A stretch of DNA of 64,000 nt from Lepidodermella squamata. Taxonomy: Eukaryota; Animalia; Gastrotricha. Made by a program: the position numbers and the translations under genes. Each line of letters begins with the position of its first letter. The stretch's first letter is position 1. Shown piece by piece: positions 36,307 to 48,001 of the stretch. The stretch is taken from assembly GCA_047495785.1 (NCBI GenBank), contig JBLDXI010000001.1, positions 3,162,001 through 3,226,000 on the forward strand, written 5' to 3'. The notes beneath the pieces are model-generated. The model was not told where the DNA came from. It was given only the letters and a program-made list of their open reading frames with translations, and ran no database searches.

Positions 36307-39300
36307 TTAGAAGATGCCGGACGACTTGCCGCCCGGGGGCTGCATCGTCTTGGTGGACGGGCGCAGAGGGCGCTGGTCGTCGAACTGGGCGCCGCTGAGG
36401 GCGAACGACGAGTCCATGAGGTTGCGGCCGCCGGAGCGGGTCGGCGGGCGTTGGTGGAACTCGGCCGTGCCGTTCGACGGCTGCGGCGTCAGCTTTTCGT
36501 AGTTCGCCTGGTGCTGCTCGGCGCCGTTCGTCGGCTTGTTCTCGTTGTGCGACGGGGAGACGTTGTTCGAGTGCTGGCCGCCGTTCGAGTGACCGTTCTT
36601 GTGGCCATTCGACTCGTGGTGCCCGTTGGTAGGCGAATCAACAACTAAAATCGCAAAAATGAAAAATTTAAATTAAATTTAAAATTAAATCATATGAATA
36701 CGAATTGGAGAAATATTCTTTCACAATTATCGAACTCGAGAAGCTTAGAACCTTCGTTCTACGTTACTCGTTTTTGTGCACCCGTTTTCACTCGTTTTCA
36801 CTTTTGTAGGTTCGAGGATGTCCTGACCCTACATTCTTGCAATCCTTTACAGATTCAGAAAAGTGTTTCTGTTAAAAATCTTCACAAAAATTACCGCACA
36901 CTTCGTGCGGAAAATTACAGCATGTTTGTAAAATCTACATTTGACGCACCTGAAGCAACCACAATGGCACCGCCCACATCCCATTGAAACTGCTCAATTC
37001 CGGCGATTTCTAAGTTGACCTGCAGGCTGAGATCGAGTGACTTTTGCAACAAAATCGATCTCTTCTCTCGGCGTGTTTCTCCTCATGGGGTACACGTTGA
37101 GACGACTATATAAACTGAGTTTTCTTGCGTAATAAAGAGGGTGATTTGACGAGAGAGCTTTGCTTTGATTTCGCTGCCGCTTATTTTCACACCTAACATT
37201 CTTTGCTTGCCACTGCTGAACGCACTCTGCATTTTGCTTTCCTAGAAGCATTTTACTAACTCAACAAGTAAATCTTGCCATTTTGTAACGCCATTTTCGA
37301 CCGATTAGGCTCTAAAAATCTCTTTCGTGTCTCAATGAGAACAATATGCGATTGATTCCTCCCGACCCAAGCAAGTCGGGTGAGACAAAATAAGAGGCGC
37401 AAGTGCTCCACATTAAGCAGAAGGTTTGGCGCAAAATCACCGTCAACCAAAAGGACTTGCAAAAGTTTAAGGGTGCTCCTACTGAGGTTGTGCAGGAGAC
37501 GGAACTCGCTATTATTTATGAATCAATTTCTATTGAACAGCAGAATTTAAACCTTGTTTTAACCGGACGCGGCCGGTCAAAAACGATAGCATCACAACTT
37601 AGTTTCCTAGCAAACAACTGGATATTGGTTTTCGCCATTGCCCTTGCTGATTTTCTAACCCCAACTGCTTGTCAAGTTAGCACCTTGCGTTCGAGGTAGA
37701 ATGGCACAAGCTACATAGCTAGGACACCCACTAGCTCTCTGGTTACTATTATTTGCCGCTCAGAATACTGTTGAAAATTGGGCTATCAAAACGAAACCAA
37801 ATGTAAACATTTCCAGGCCCTCATCGAGGAAACGAATTTTTCCAAGCGAAAATTTAGTAACAGAAAATTACCATTATCGCTAGGCCAAGTTAGTTAAAGG
37901 TATTCGTCTGGTCTGCCATTTTATTTCAGTTGAATCATCTGGTTTAGAATAGCTTGGCTCAAAGGTTCAGCGCACTTCCGGTTTAAAAACATGAGAGGAA
38001 TACGAATAGGAGAAATATTCTTTTACAAATATTGAACCCGTCAAGCTAGAACTTTTGTTACGCATCGTTTTAACCTGATTCGAATCGAAACGGTGTTAAA
38101 AATCGAATTGGAAGCCTGCCGTTTAAGAAACACATAATTATGGCTCCTAAAGTTAATGAGAAGGCTCGTGAAATTTCGATGTACTAAATGACCGCATCAA
38201 GAAGTAAAATACTGAACTTCCCGTTCCTTTCGAAGCTCGGTTGAAAGCAAGACTTTTCCTTATCCAAGCTGAGGAATTGTGAAACAATAATTGCTGAAGC
38301 AAACGACGGGTCGCTCAAAATGATGCAATGCGCCAATGCTACTTCTCTTCGTGCCAAGCTAGAATGGCTAGACCTCGAAGGAAAAAGATATTTCCATCTA
38401 GACCACTTTAATGTATCAATGCATTGTAGACGAAGAGCCCGATGCCATAAGAACCATTTTCTCACCGAATTCCTAGAATGTTTCTTGCCAGCCTGGTCTA
38501 GCTAATCGCGGCCCAGTTTGATTCAGCTCACTTCCTATGTGCTTTAATTGCCCTTATCCTCGACCTATTGAAATTCTCTTTTACAGCCCTGTTCCTCCTC
38601 ATAACTTAACTTAACTGCGACTTAGCAACACTCAAGCTGAAGAGTTCAATTTTGATGAATTTATGAACTTTCAAAATCTTCTTCTCGATGAAAATTACTC
38701 ACCGCTTCGGTCGACACCCATCTTCGTGATATCGCAAGCTGCCATCAGCCGTTCGAGACGGCCGTAGACCTGCTCGGGCAGTGGGGCGTTCGTCACGAAA
38801 TGACCATGTCCCTGCGCCACCTTCAACTGGTTCTCCTCCCACGCGACCATACCACGCGTGATTGTGTAGACAGGAACACCGTGGCAGGCCATACCCTCGA
38901 AAATGTTGAAATCACACGCGTGGTGGTGGGTAGCGGCCGAAATCGTCCTGGTCGCATTCGGGTCCCAAACAACGATATCAGCATCACTGCCAACATCGAT
39001 ACGGCCCTTCTTCGGGTAGACGTTGAAAATGCGGGCAGCGTTCGAGCTGGTAACAGCGACGAAGCGAGACGGCGACATTTTACCGCTGTGAACACCCTTC
39101 TCCCAGATAACAGACATACGGTCCTCAACACCGTTGACGCCGTTGGGGATTTTTCGGAAATCCTCCTTGCCCATTGACTTCTGAGGGCTGTTGAACGTGC
39201 AGTTATCAGTACCAGTCGTGTCTAAATCGCCGTTAGCCAGCAGGTTCATCAGATAGCCCGGGGTGGACGGGTCAGGCCTGAGGGGTGGCGACATGACGTG

Positions 39301-42160
39301 GGCAGCGGCGTGTTTCCAGCACTTGTCGAAATACGCCGTTCCGTCCGCGCCGAGGCTGGCGGCAATAGGTTCGCCGATGACCATAACACCGCGGCGGCGG
39401 GCGGCTGAAATTTCGTCGGCGGCTGATTTCGACATGACGTGGACAATGTAGAGAGGGCAGCGAGCGGCTTCGGCGATGGTGATGGCCCGGTGCGTCGCTT
39501 CGGCTTCGAACGCCTCGGGGCGCGACAGCAGGTGGCCTTCTGGGCCAGTCACGCCGGCTTCGATGAGTTCTTTCGCCTTCGCGGCGATCAGCGAGCCGTT
39601 CTCGGCGTGCACCTGAGCGATCGCGCCGAGTTCGCGGCACTTGACGAAAACCTGTGAGCAAATAAAAAACTCGAAATTAGCCTCGATACGTACTAAATAA
39701 TTCAGTAAAACAATAAGAGTTAGCGGCCAGTCCTCCTTAATCGATTTCAAGTTCACAAAATGAGTGCGCTAACTTTTCCTCGGAAGAATGATTACTTTTC
39801 CATTGAATATATCTTGAAACAATATGTAAAATTAAGATCACTAAAAATAACCCAAAATTTAAGCAAAAAAAAACGATTTTACCGAAAATCTCAAATTTTA
39901 CAGATTTTTCCTTTTTGGCGTTTTTCTTGTGGAAATTAAACCAAAAATTGAAATTCCGCGGAACCAAAAGGAAACTAGGGGTAAAGTGAAATCCGCAAAA
40001 AAATTTCGATTTCTATAGCTTTATAAGAATCACCTCAAAGAATGTGCAGATCATTATTTTAGAAAATTATTCAATATTTTCTTAGATTTTCAATTTTTCC
40101 TTCGAAAACGGTATGTTTTGTACCTTTAAATTCGTAAATTTAGTGACCATTATTTATTGCTATTTAACTCAGATAGCGCTGGGAAAGACCTAAACATTAT
40201 AAATATATTAATTAAAAAAATTAATCTAGATTGAATTTTGGGTGCCGATTAAATCATTGAGCTAATGAAACACACTGTAGGAAGAATTTTCGAACTATAA
40301 ATATTTTCAACTTTGAGACCAAAGTATGTTTTTCTTTCGTTTTTTTCGAATTTTATCTTGATTACTGAGCTTAGATTTATTTGAGCTTGATAATATTCTT
40401 ACCTCGTAGATCTGGTCGTCGGTCAACATGAACATGTCCTTGTAGGCCATGAAGATCTTGAACGAGTTGACGCCCTTCTCCTTGACCAACACCTCCATTT
40501 CCTTCGCAATTTTCTCATTCCAACTGGTAATAGCAACGTGGAAGCTGTAGTCGCAGCACACTTTCGGATCAGCCCAGCCGCGCCATTTGTTGTACGCATC
40601 CAACAGCGACTCGTCCTTGCCAGGGATGACAAAGTCCATAATCATGGTCGTGCCGCCGGCAATGGCCGCCTTCGTGCCATGGTAGAAATCGTCCACCGCC
40701 GTCGTGCCCATGAACGGCAGTTGCATGTGCGTGTGCGTGTCGATGCCGCCCGGCATGACTAGCTTGCCGGCGGCGTCGATTGTTCGCGTACCGCCAGGGA
40801 TGACCAGGTTACGCCCCACCTCCTTAATAACCCCATCTTCAATGTAGACATCGGCTGTAAAAGACCGGTCATCGTTCACAACCTTGCCGTTCTTGATGAG
40901 CAGACGATTGTGCGCACTCTGCAAAAACAATAAATTCAAAAATAAATTTAAATTCAAAATTAATAAAAAATTTAAAAAGAGCTTCACCATAAATTCCATC
41001 CAATTATTTTGAGATATTTATAAAAAAAACCACAAAATTATTTTTCAATTTTTATAATGAAGCTCATAAATGAAAAATATTTAAATTAATAGAAAAACTA
41101 ACTGGTGGCATGTTGTATCAAAATATCACAATTTAAGATGGATTGAATGTAGGAATAATTTAATTATTCGAGGCAGAGTGACGCTGGAATATCAACCGCT
41201 TGTTATCACGATATGAGAACGAGTAAAGAGACTCCTTCCTAGACAACGAATAACGATAAAGCCAGGTTAATTACGACAGCGTCTTTTGTATAGGGCAAAT
41301 TAGCGGCTAAAACAATATAATAATAATAATAATAATAAATAACGCATTTCTAAGCTGCAAATGCCCAGCCCCCAAAGGAAATCAAGCGGAGGCTTATCGC
41401 AATTTAATCGAGAGAAGGAAAAACGTCGCATTTCACGTTTAAAATGCGGTGTGTATAGATCAGAAAAACGTTGCGAAAAAATCTATAATATATTATGCAG
41501 GTAAGCTGTGCATGTTTAGCGTGCGATGAAGAGGATACTTCGCGCTTGGCAGCTGTAGTATTGTAATGTAAAAAAATACGCCGCGCCTGGTAATACGCGA
41601 GCCGGTGCGTTGTTGAGGCGGCTCGAATCGACCGCTCCCGCAGCACTGCCTGCATTACTCAGCCAGAAATATACACGCGATTCGCATTACGCGCCAACTC
41701 ATGCAGGTATTTTTGATGATTAAAAAGCAACGCCAGTCAAAAAATCAACCAGCAACTACTGGTGAATATAACGTAATACTTTCAAAGTGTCGGTGTGTAA
41801 AATGATGAGACACGTTCGTCATTCCTTTGAACAAACAAGACGCGAGAAAATGTGAATAAATGCCTGGCCTTTTTATGTCGAGCTCGAGAGGTTGGTCAAT
41901 CGAAAAGCTAGAAAAAGACGCGTCTCATGTTCAAGTATACCTACTTTTGACACGCAATTTGTTGTTGTAAAAACGCGTATATAGATAATTGAAACATAAT
42001 TATTAAGCCCTTGAGATAGAGACACGCAAAAGACGAACAACCGCAGCGTCGGCAATTTAACACCTGGGCCGACTACTACCATTACACAAAAATGAGATAA
42101 AATTAAAAATTAACAAACCTGAAAATGAACAGGAATCTTTTTAACAGGTAATTCAGGCAT
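36307..42160 (-). CDS. CRMP: Dihydropyrimidinase / CRMP family protein (exons 42160-42119, 40918-40403, 39651-38703, 36644-36307)
   Basis: [14 protein letters not shown]|[11 protein letters not shown] start; [32 protein letters not shown]; the last exon (not in the ORF track) encodes [17 protein letters not shown]...[10 protein letters not shown]. Confidence 0.92.
41103..41111 (-). CDS. Candidate alternative first micro-exon (MPP) of DHP/CRMP
   Basis: ACAAC ATG CCA CCA | GTTAGT, phase 0, compatible with the exon-2 acceptor at 40918. Confidence 0.45.
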
Positions 42161-43397
42161 TGTTTACTGCCCTCTGTTATCCGCGATATTTTTTAATAAA
42201 ATCAAAATTAAATAGAAAGTAGCAATAGCTCGCTAAAATAATAGTAATAATAGGATTAAAAACACGGAAAAACAAGGAAATGAAAAATAACATCTACGTA
42301 TTGTTGACTTTCGTCGGAATATAACGCAGAAGTAGAAAAATCTAGTATAACACTCCCTTTTTGGCGCATAAATAAAATGAATACAAACACTGTCGCGGCG
42401 AGACGCGCATCTCGTGTGGGTCAACGGGAAAACACCTCTGATTCTTGTTTGACGAGCTGCGGCCAGAGATAACACGCGAGTACAACAGCGCCTCGCCTTT
42501 CTATCTCCTATGGAATGTGCGAAAGAGACATCTCGTAAGCAAACAACCAACAGCCATTTAGAAGCTTTTGATTATGGTTGTAAGGTATACTAATCGCGCG
42601 GCATAGATGGACAAATTATGCACTCTGACGCGCATTGCTAAAAGGTAACGCAACAAAAATTTGCCTATTGCCGTTCAGGGCTAGTGAAAATTTGTATATA
42701 GACATTACGCCAATGTAAGATAGGAGTGTCCACTACTACCATCACTCAATAGACGCGCCTCGTTATGAAATTATCAGCGCGTGGCTGGGCGGCGAGGTCA
42801 AGATGAAGACACCCGCATGAGTCTAATAAGGATGGCGCATCTCAAAAATTGATTCAAACGCAGCGATGCCAATCGGTCAGGCAAATCGAGCAGTAGCCGC
42901 AATAAATAACAGCAGCGATGCCAATTTTTATTAATGGCCCGCGGTCGTAAATGTGGAACATATGTGCCAGCGTGTAAGCAGTGAATGAGTGAAATGAAAC
43001 AAGGAAACGCCGCTATATGCTGTATTTGTGGCAATCAAATTTTATTGAGTACGCGGGGACATGTGACCCTGAATTGTGTTCACCGGCCTTAATCGGCGGC
43101 ATACATATGCTTCAAGAAAACAAATCGATCATCACAATGCAAAACTTTGTAATAACTTTCATCACCGTCGGCGGAACACAAACTTTTCACGTCAAAGCCT
43201 GTCGACAACAGCAGCTGTCGTCCACCAAACAGTGTGAAACTAATTACTTGCCGGAAAATAAAGGTATAAACATTTATAGACGCGCGAGCGGAAGGCTACC
43301 CGCTTGCGCTAACAAGTTAGGCATGATTACAAGTATCGCTAAACAAACCCACCAATTATGGTAACTAAATAAGTGAGAGTAGTGTAAATGAACTTAC

Positions 43398-43490
43398 ATC
43401 TTCTTCGGTCGGCAGAACTGTAGATTTCGTTGGGTGTTCATAGATCTGATCTTCTGATGGAGCAAAATGCTTCTTTCCGAGGCCGTGCAT
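43398..43490 (-). CDS. Candidate alternative first coding exon (31 aa) of DHP/CRMP
   Basis: AAA ATG...MHGLGKKHFAPSEDQIYEHPTKSTVLPTEED | GTAAGT perfect donor, phase 0; upstream TTTTTATAG acceptor. Confidence 0.55.
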
Positions 43491-45641
43491 TTTGGTATTT
43501 TCTTTAAAACTTGGTAAAATCAACTATAAAAATCGGAAGAATCGGTGGCCTAATACATTGAACATATTAATATCAATAAATTGCAAGCATGGTCTTCGAA
43601 TTCCATTTCCGTTAGCAAAACTCGACTAGAATCGGAAATCGGAAATCCTTCAGCGAAATATAAAAGAAATAACTACAACTACTTCTTCACACTTTCGCCA
43701 ATTCTAATCATTTACGAAATCAAACTGAATAAAGATTTCGATTGTTGATGATAGTTACTCAATTCTGAACTGCTACAAACCGAGCAAGCCCATGTCACAT
43801 GTCATTTTGTAGGCGCTTGAAATTGAACAAATTGCCCGATCAAGAACACAGTCTACAGCAACAAGTTCCAAAGACAAGGTTCAAATATTTTAAAATCAAT
43901 AGCAACGTAAAAAAATATATAAATTTATCTGGGATTTTGTCCACCAAAGCGCCGTTTGGGAGGCGTAAAGCACCACAAAATAAAGTTACTTGTACCACAT
44001 TAAGATGCTTAATAAGTAAGCTTTTGCCGTCGCTACTACTTGAATAGATTTGGAATTTAGATGCCAACCAAAACCGAATTTCATAACTTATAAAGATGTC
44101 AAACCCCAGTAATTAAGGAACCTTATCAGTGAGATTTACAGCATTAATATACATTTTTTCTCAAATATTTACATATATATATCACATAACAAGGCAAGCT
44201 AATTAGCATTTGGCACAATCTCATCGGGGAGCGGCTCTCAAATAGAAAATTTCGCATTTAACATCTACGCGAAGAGGCGGATTCAAGTGGGAGCCGACTT
44301 GCCGCCAAACAGTATCACTCCTCTCGTATTATCAAGTACTTACGCCCAAGTTAAAAAGCCGCGCACGAGACAATCAACATGAAAAATCAAGTCAAGTAAA
44401 TGGAAAGCTCAGACGTATTCTATTCGAGATTCGAGAGGAACCTCCAAACCATTAATAAAGTAATTATCAAACTCCATGTATTTGCCATTACGGATTTTGC
44501 TAACAGTACTGGAAGATTCCTATGAGTCAAAAGCCATTTACTTGTATATCTGTATGTCAAAATCAAAGAAATCAATACAGACCGCGCCGCAAATAATATA
44601 GTACAGTCAGAGTAAGTACTTCCCATTAGTAGATGTGAGCAGCGTCCCTGCAATCATAGCAAATGGCGCTGAACACTAAATTTAGCTTAACTTCAACCAT
44701 GCTCAAGTCATTTATCGAAATATCAAATACAGCAGCACATGCATATCCGCAACATACTCGCCCCGTAAAAAAATATAAAAGGCGCAACAAACAGCAAGAA
44801 GAGAGTATCCGATATCCAAAGTGAGTCAGCTGACGAAAAGCGCGCCGTCGAGGATTCCCGCGCTAAATTTGAAAAATATTTTTCAATCTTATATTCATTT
44901 TACAACAAAATTGAATATGCAAAGCTGTTATTTTCATTTTTTATTTGTTATTTTTTGGTAGTGGCCTGAACCGAAGTTTGAGGCACGTGACGTTTCTAGT
45001 TTCCCGTTTCCCGTAAGCTTGGCGAGACGAAATGTTCGAGTCTGGCTGTGCCGAAACGCGGCAAGTCCGTTGTCCTTCAGGTCGAATTATGGCCTTTTTG
45101 ACTGCGCTTATTGCCAAGTGCCAAGGTATATTGATCTTTTACAGGTGGCGTAAAATGCATTGCTTTGCTCTTGGTTGAATCTCCTGCTGAAAAATAAGAA
45201 TCTGTAACCATTTATTCCTACTTCCGGTTTCTGTGTGCAAATCTAGCTGCGAAATTACTCATCTCCATCAATCACATATTCTGAAACTATTCCGCAAACT
45301 CAAAGATTCCTAAATATCTCTAATATCGATGTCATAACTTTGTTGACATTGAGCGCACAATTTTATTATAGCCGATTCCTAAGACATTAGACGAATTCAT
45401 CTTTTCCTAGAAAAGGTCCCGTAACATTTTACCTCTGCACCCATCGGCGCCCTGCGCCCGTTGGAGAAAAACCATTCAGCATTCAGCATCAAACCTTACA
45501 ATTTACAATCTTATCATCCTCCTGTCTGCTTTTCTGGATACTTTGCATTCCTCTCTCAGCGATGATGTGGTTTGAATGTTTCATCCCTGATGGTACAAAA
45601 ATTGCATATTTTCGTATTCTTTATTAGACCTTATAATATTG

Positions 45642-47825
45642 ATGGGCAAGCCGCATAAACGCGCTCAAAAGGCGCATGCCGTTCGTGGCAAGAGGCATGT
45701 CGCAGGCAATAAGCCATCCACAGCTTCTCTTTCAAATCCCTTCGATGGGAAATACGTTCGCTCAAAAGAAGCCGTACTTGGTAAGAAGGCTGTTAGTGCG
45801 GTCGGTAAACCTGGACAATCGGCTCGCAAGATGATTGATAAGCGAAAAATGTCGCTGTTAAATGAATTTAATAGAACTAGAAGAATCGGAACGTTTGAAG
45901 ATAATCGTCTTGGCGAAACTGACTCGAAACTGTCAGCTGATGAGAAAATGTTTCTTCGTTATGCTGCTGAGCGTAAAAAGTCATTCGAATCCAAAGCAAA
46001 GAAAGCTTCTGGCGGTGAAGAGGAAATGCTATCACTGAAAGGATACAAACCTGATAAGTTCAATGCATTTTCCTACGGTGGCATGACAGATCAAATGGTT
46101 GCCGAGTTGCACTTCGGCAAGGGCGGCGATGGAAGTGCCAGAGGTGATTGGCGTGATCGTCTTGATCAACTCATTGCTGATTCTAAACAAGCCAAGTATG
46201 AGAAACATGCCGAGCGCTTTGAAACTGCTGATATGGTCGAAGAGTTGGACGAAGATTGGACGACCCTGCGCGGAGACATTTTTGCTGCCGGAGCCCCTTT
46301 GCCCCCAGAAGCCAGCAATGCGGAAAAGGAGCCTGCTGATATGTTCGACCAGGCGGTCAAGGAACTTCGTTTCGAGCAATGCCCCGACCACCATAGTGTT
46401 ATCGAAGCTCGTAAAGCGGTCGTTGCCAACGAACGTAAGCGCCGTCGTTATGAAGAAGAAACTGAGGCCCAAATGAATCTTGTGTATGCCGCTCACGAAA
46501 CTGACCATACAAAACATATTTCTGCTGACGCTTTGGAGGAAGACATTGTCAAATTCAACAGGCAGCAATCACACCAGTCTAGGAAAGGAGCCCTTAAACA
46601 CTCGGCTCAAACTGCCGAAGACAACATACCAGACTTGCGCAATTCGGATGAAATCGATCTATCATCTCTCGGCCTTATAGGATGCAGCGTTGAAACTGGT
46701 CTCCAACAATTGAAGCTCAAGTTCAATCCCGAGCTTCATAAAGACAATAAAGAAAAATACATTTCCAATTTCTCTCGTTATCTTAAAAATGTTTTCGGAG
46801 CTTCCGATCGCGAACCTCAGCCAGCCATCAAATCGCTGTTGGCAGATCTAAACGAGGCTTGTGGCCTTCTGTTTGATCTTACTCAAACATACACTGCTGT
46901 TGTTGAAAAAGTTCTTCGTTCAATAATTTCAGGCCACTTGCGAGTGTTCTCGCAACACGGCGAGGCTTTCTCTCTGGATCAAATCGGCCGGTGTTACTGT
47001 TTGTTGAAATTAGTTTCTGCGATCTACCCGACATCAGACGCTTTCCATCCTATCGCAACTCCCGCCTTCGCTTTATTAGCCGCTGGTCTGCGATATTTAG
47101 CCGTAACTCTACATTCAACAACTTCGAAAAAGAATGTTGACTCGCTTGGGTTGATTTGCCTCTCGAACGCTTTCATCGACCTAGCAATATCGTACGTCAG
47201 TCGGTCTCGGCGATACATTCCTGAAGTAATTTTGTGCTTCATTCACGCTCTGGAAAGGTTGCTTTCTCTGAAGAAAGACGCCTCATCCAGCAATAAGAAC
47301 TGCACTTTTCTTAAGGTGCCTTGCAGTCATACTGTGAAAGACACCTTGAATCGCAGTTTGATAATCGCAACCACTATTTGCAATTTGTGGTCTGACATTC
47401 CTGGGAACCAAGTATTTTTCAAAGACCTAGTCGCGACTTTAGAAAACGTCGATCTGCCCAAGGCGAAAGAGGTGCTCAAATCGTTTGCGCAATGCATCAG
47501 CAAGCCTTTGGTGCCGTTGAAAGCTAAAGCGAAACGCGAGGAAGAAATCAAAGAACTGCCTTCTTTCATCCCCGCGACCGATAGGGCTCTACTAACCGGA
47601 AAGCAGCAGAAAGAAACCCCTGCGGCTCAAACAACTCGACTCAAGCGGCAGTTGAAGAAGGAATACCGGCATGCCGTTCGAGAACTTCGCCGCGATAACC
47701 AGTTCTTGGCCCGCCATACTTTGACGGAGCGGATCGCTGTCGATGAAGAACGTGATCGCAAGACGAAACGAATCATTGGTCAATTGGCTATGCAAGAGGG
47801 AGAAATGCGAAAATTTAGCAAATAA
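45642..47825 (+). CDS. NOP14: Nucleolar protein 14 (intronless, ~727 aa)
   Basis: NPF, GKPGQS, R-SLL-E...G-FED-RLGE, HFG, IADSK-AK-E, IYPTSDAFHPIATP, RYIPE, KEYRHAVRELRRDNQFLAR. Confidence 0.88.
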   Translation: MGKPHKRAQKAHAVRGKRHVAGNKPSTASLSNPFDGKYVRSKEAVLGKKAVSAVGKPGQSARKMIDKRKMSLLNEFNRTRRIGTFEDNRLGETDSKLSADEKMFLRYAAERKKSFESKAKKASGGEEEMLSLKGYKPDKFNAFSYGGMTDQMVAELHFGKGGDGSARGDWRDRLDQLIADSKQAKYEKHAERFETADMVEELDEDWTTLRGDIFAAGAPLPPEASNAEKEPADMFDQAVKELRFEQCPDHHSVIEARKAVVANERKRRRYEEETEAQMNLVYAAHETDHTKHISADALEEDIVKFNRQQSHQSRKGALKHSAQTAEDNIPDLRNSDEIDLSSLGLIGCSVETGLQQLKLKFNPELHKDNKEKYISNFSRYLKNVFGASDREPQPAIKSLLADLNEACGLLFDLTQTYTAVVEKVLRSIISGHLRVFSQHGEAFSLDQIGRCYCLLKLVSAIYPTSDAFHPIATPAFALLAAGLRYLAVTLHSTTSKKNVDSLGLICLSNAFIDLAISYVSRSRRYIPEVILCFIHALERLLSLKKDASSSNKNCTFLKVPCSHTVKDTLNRSLIIATTICNLWSDIPGNQVFFKDLVATLENVDLPKAKEVLKSFAQCISKPLVPLKAKAKREEEIKELPSFIPATDRALLTGKQQKETPAAQTTRLKRQLKKEYRHAVRELRRDNQFLARHTLTERIAVDEERDRKTKRIIGQLAMQEGEMRKFSK

Positions 47826-48001
47826 TTTCATATTCGTCCTACCGTGGCAGCGCAAAATGTTGCTCATAGTTTGACGTGCTCAAAAATTATAATTGTTTTG
47901 CTTGAAAAAATGGTAAAAATGCCTAATTTCTATTAATTTTTTGTTTTATCTGTGAATAGGTGTTGATTAAGTAGTTGTTAACCACCGAACTCGTGCTAAA
48001 A

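Noticed and set aside
36274-36648. 124-aa plus-strand ORF
   Set aside because: Antisense to the CRMP last exon.
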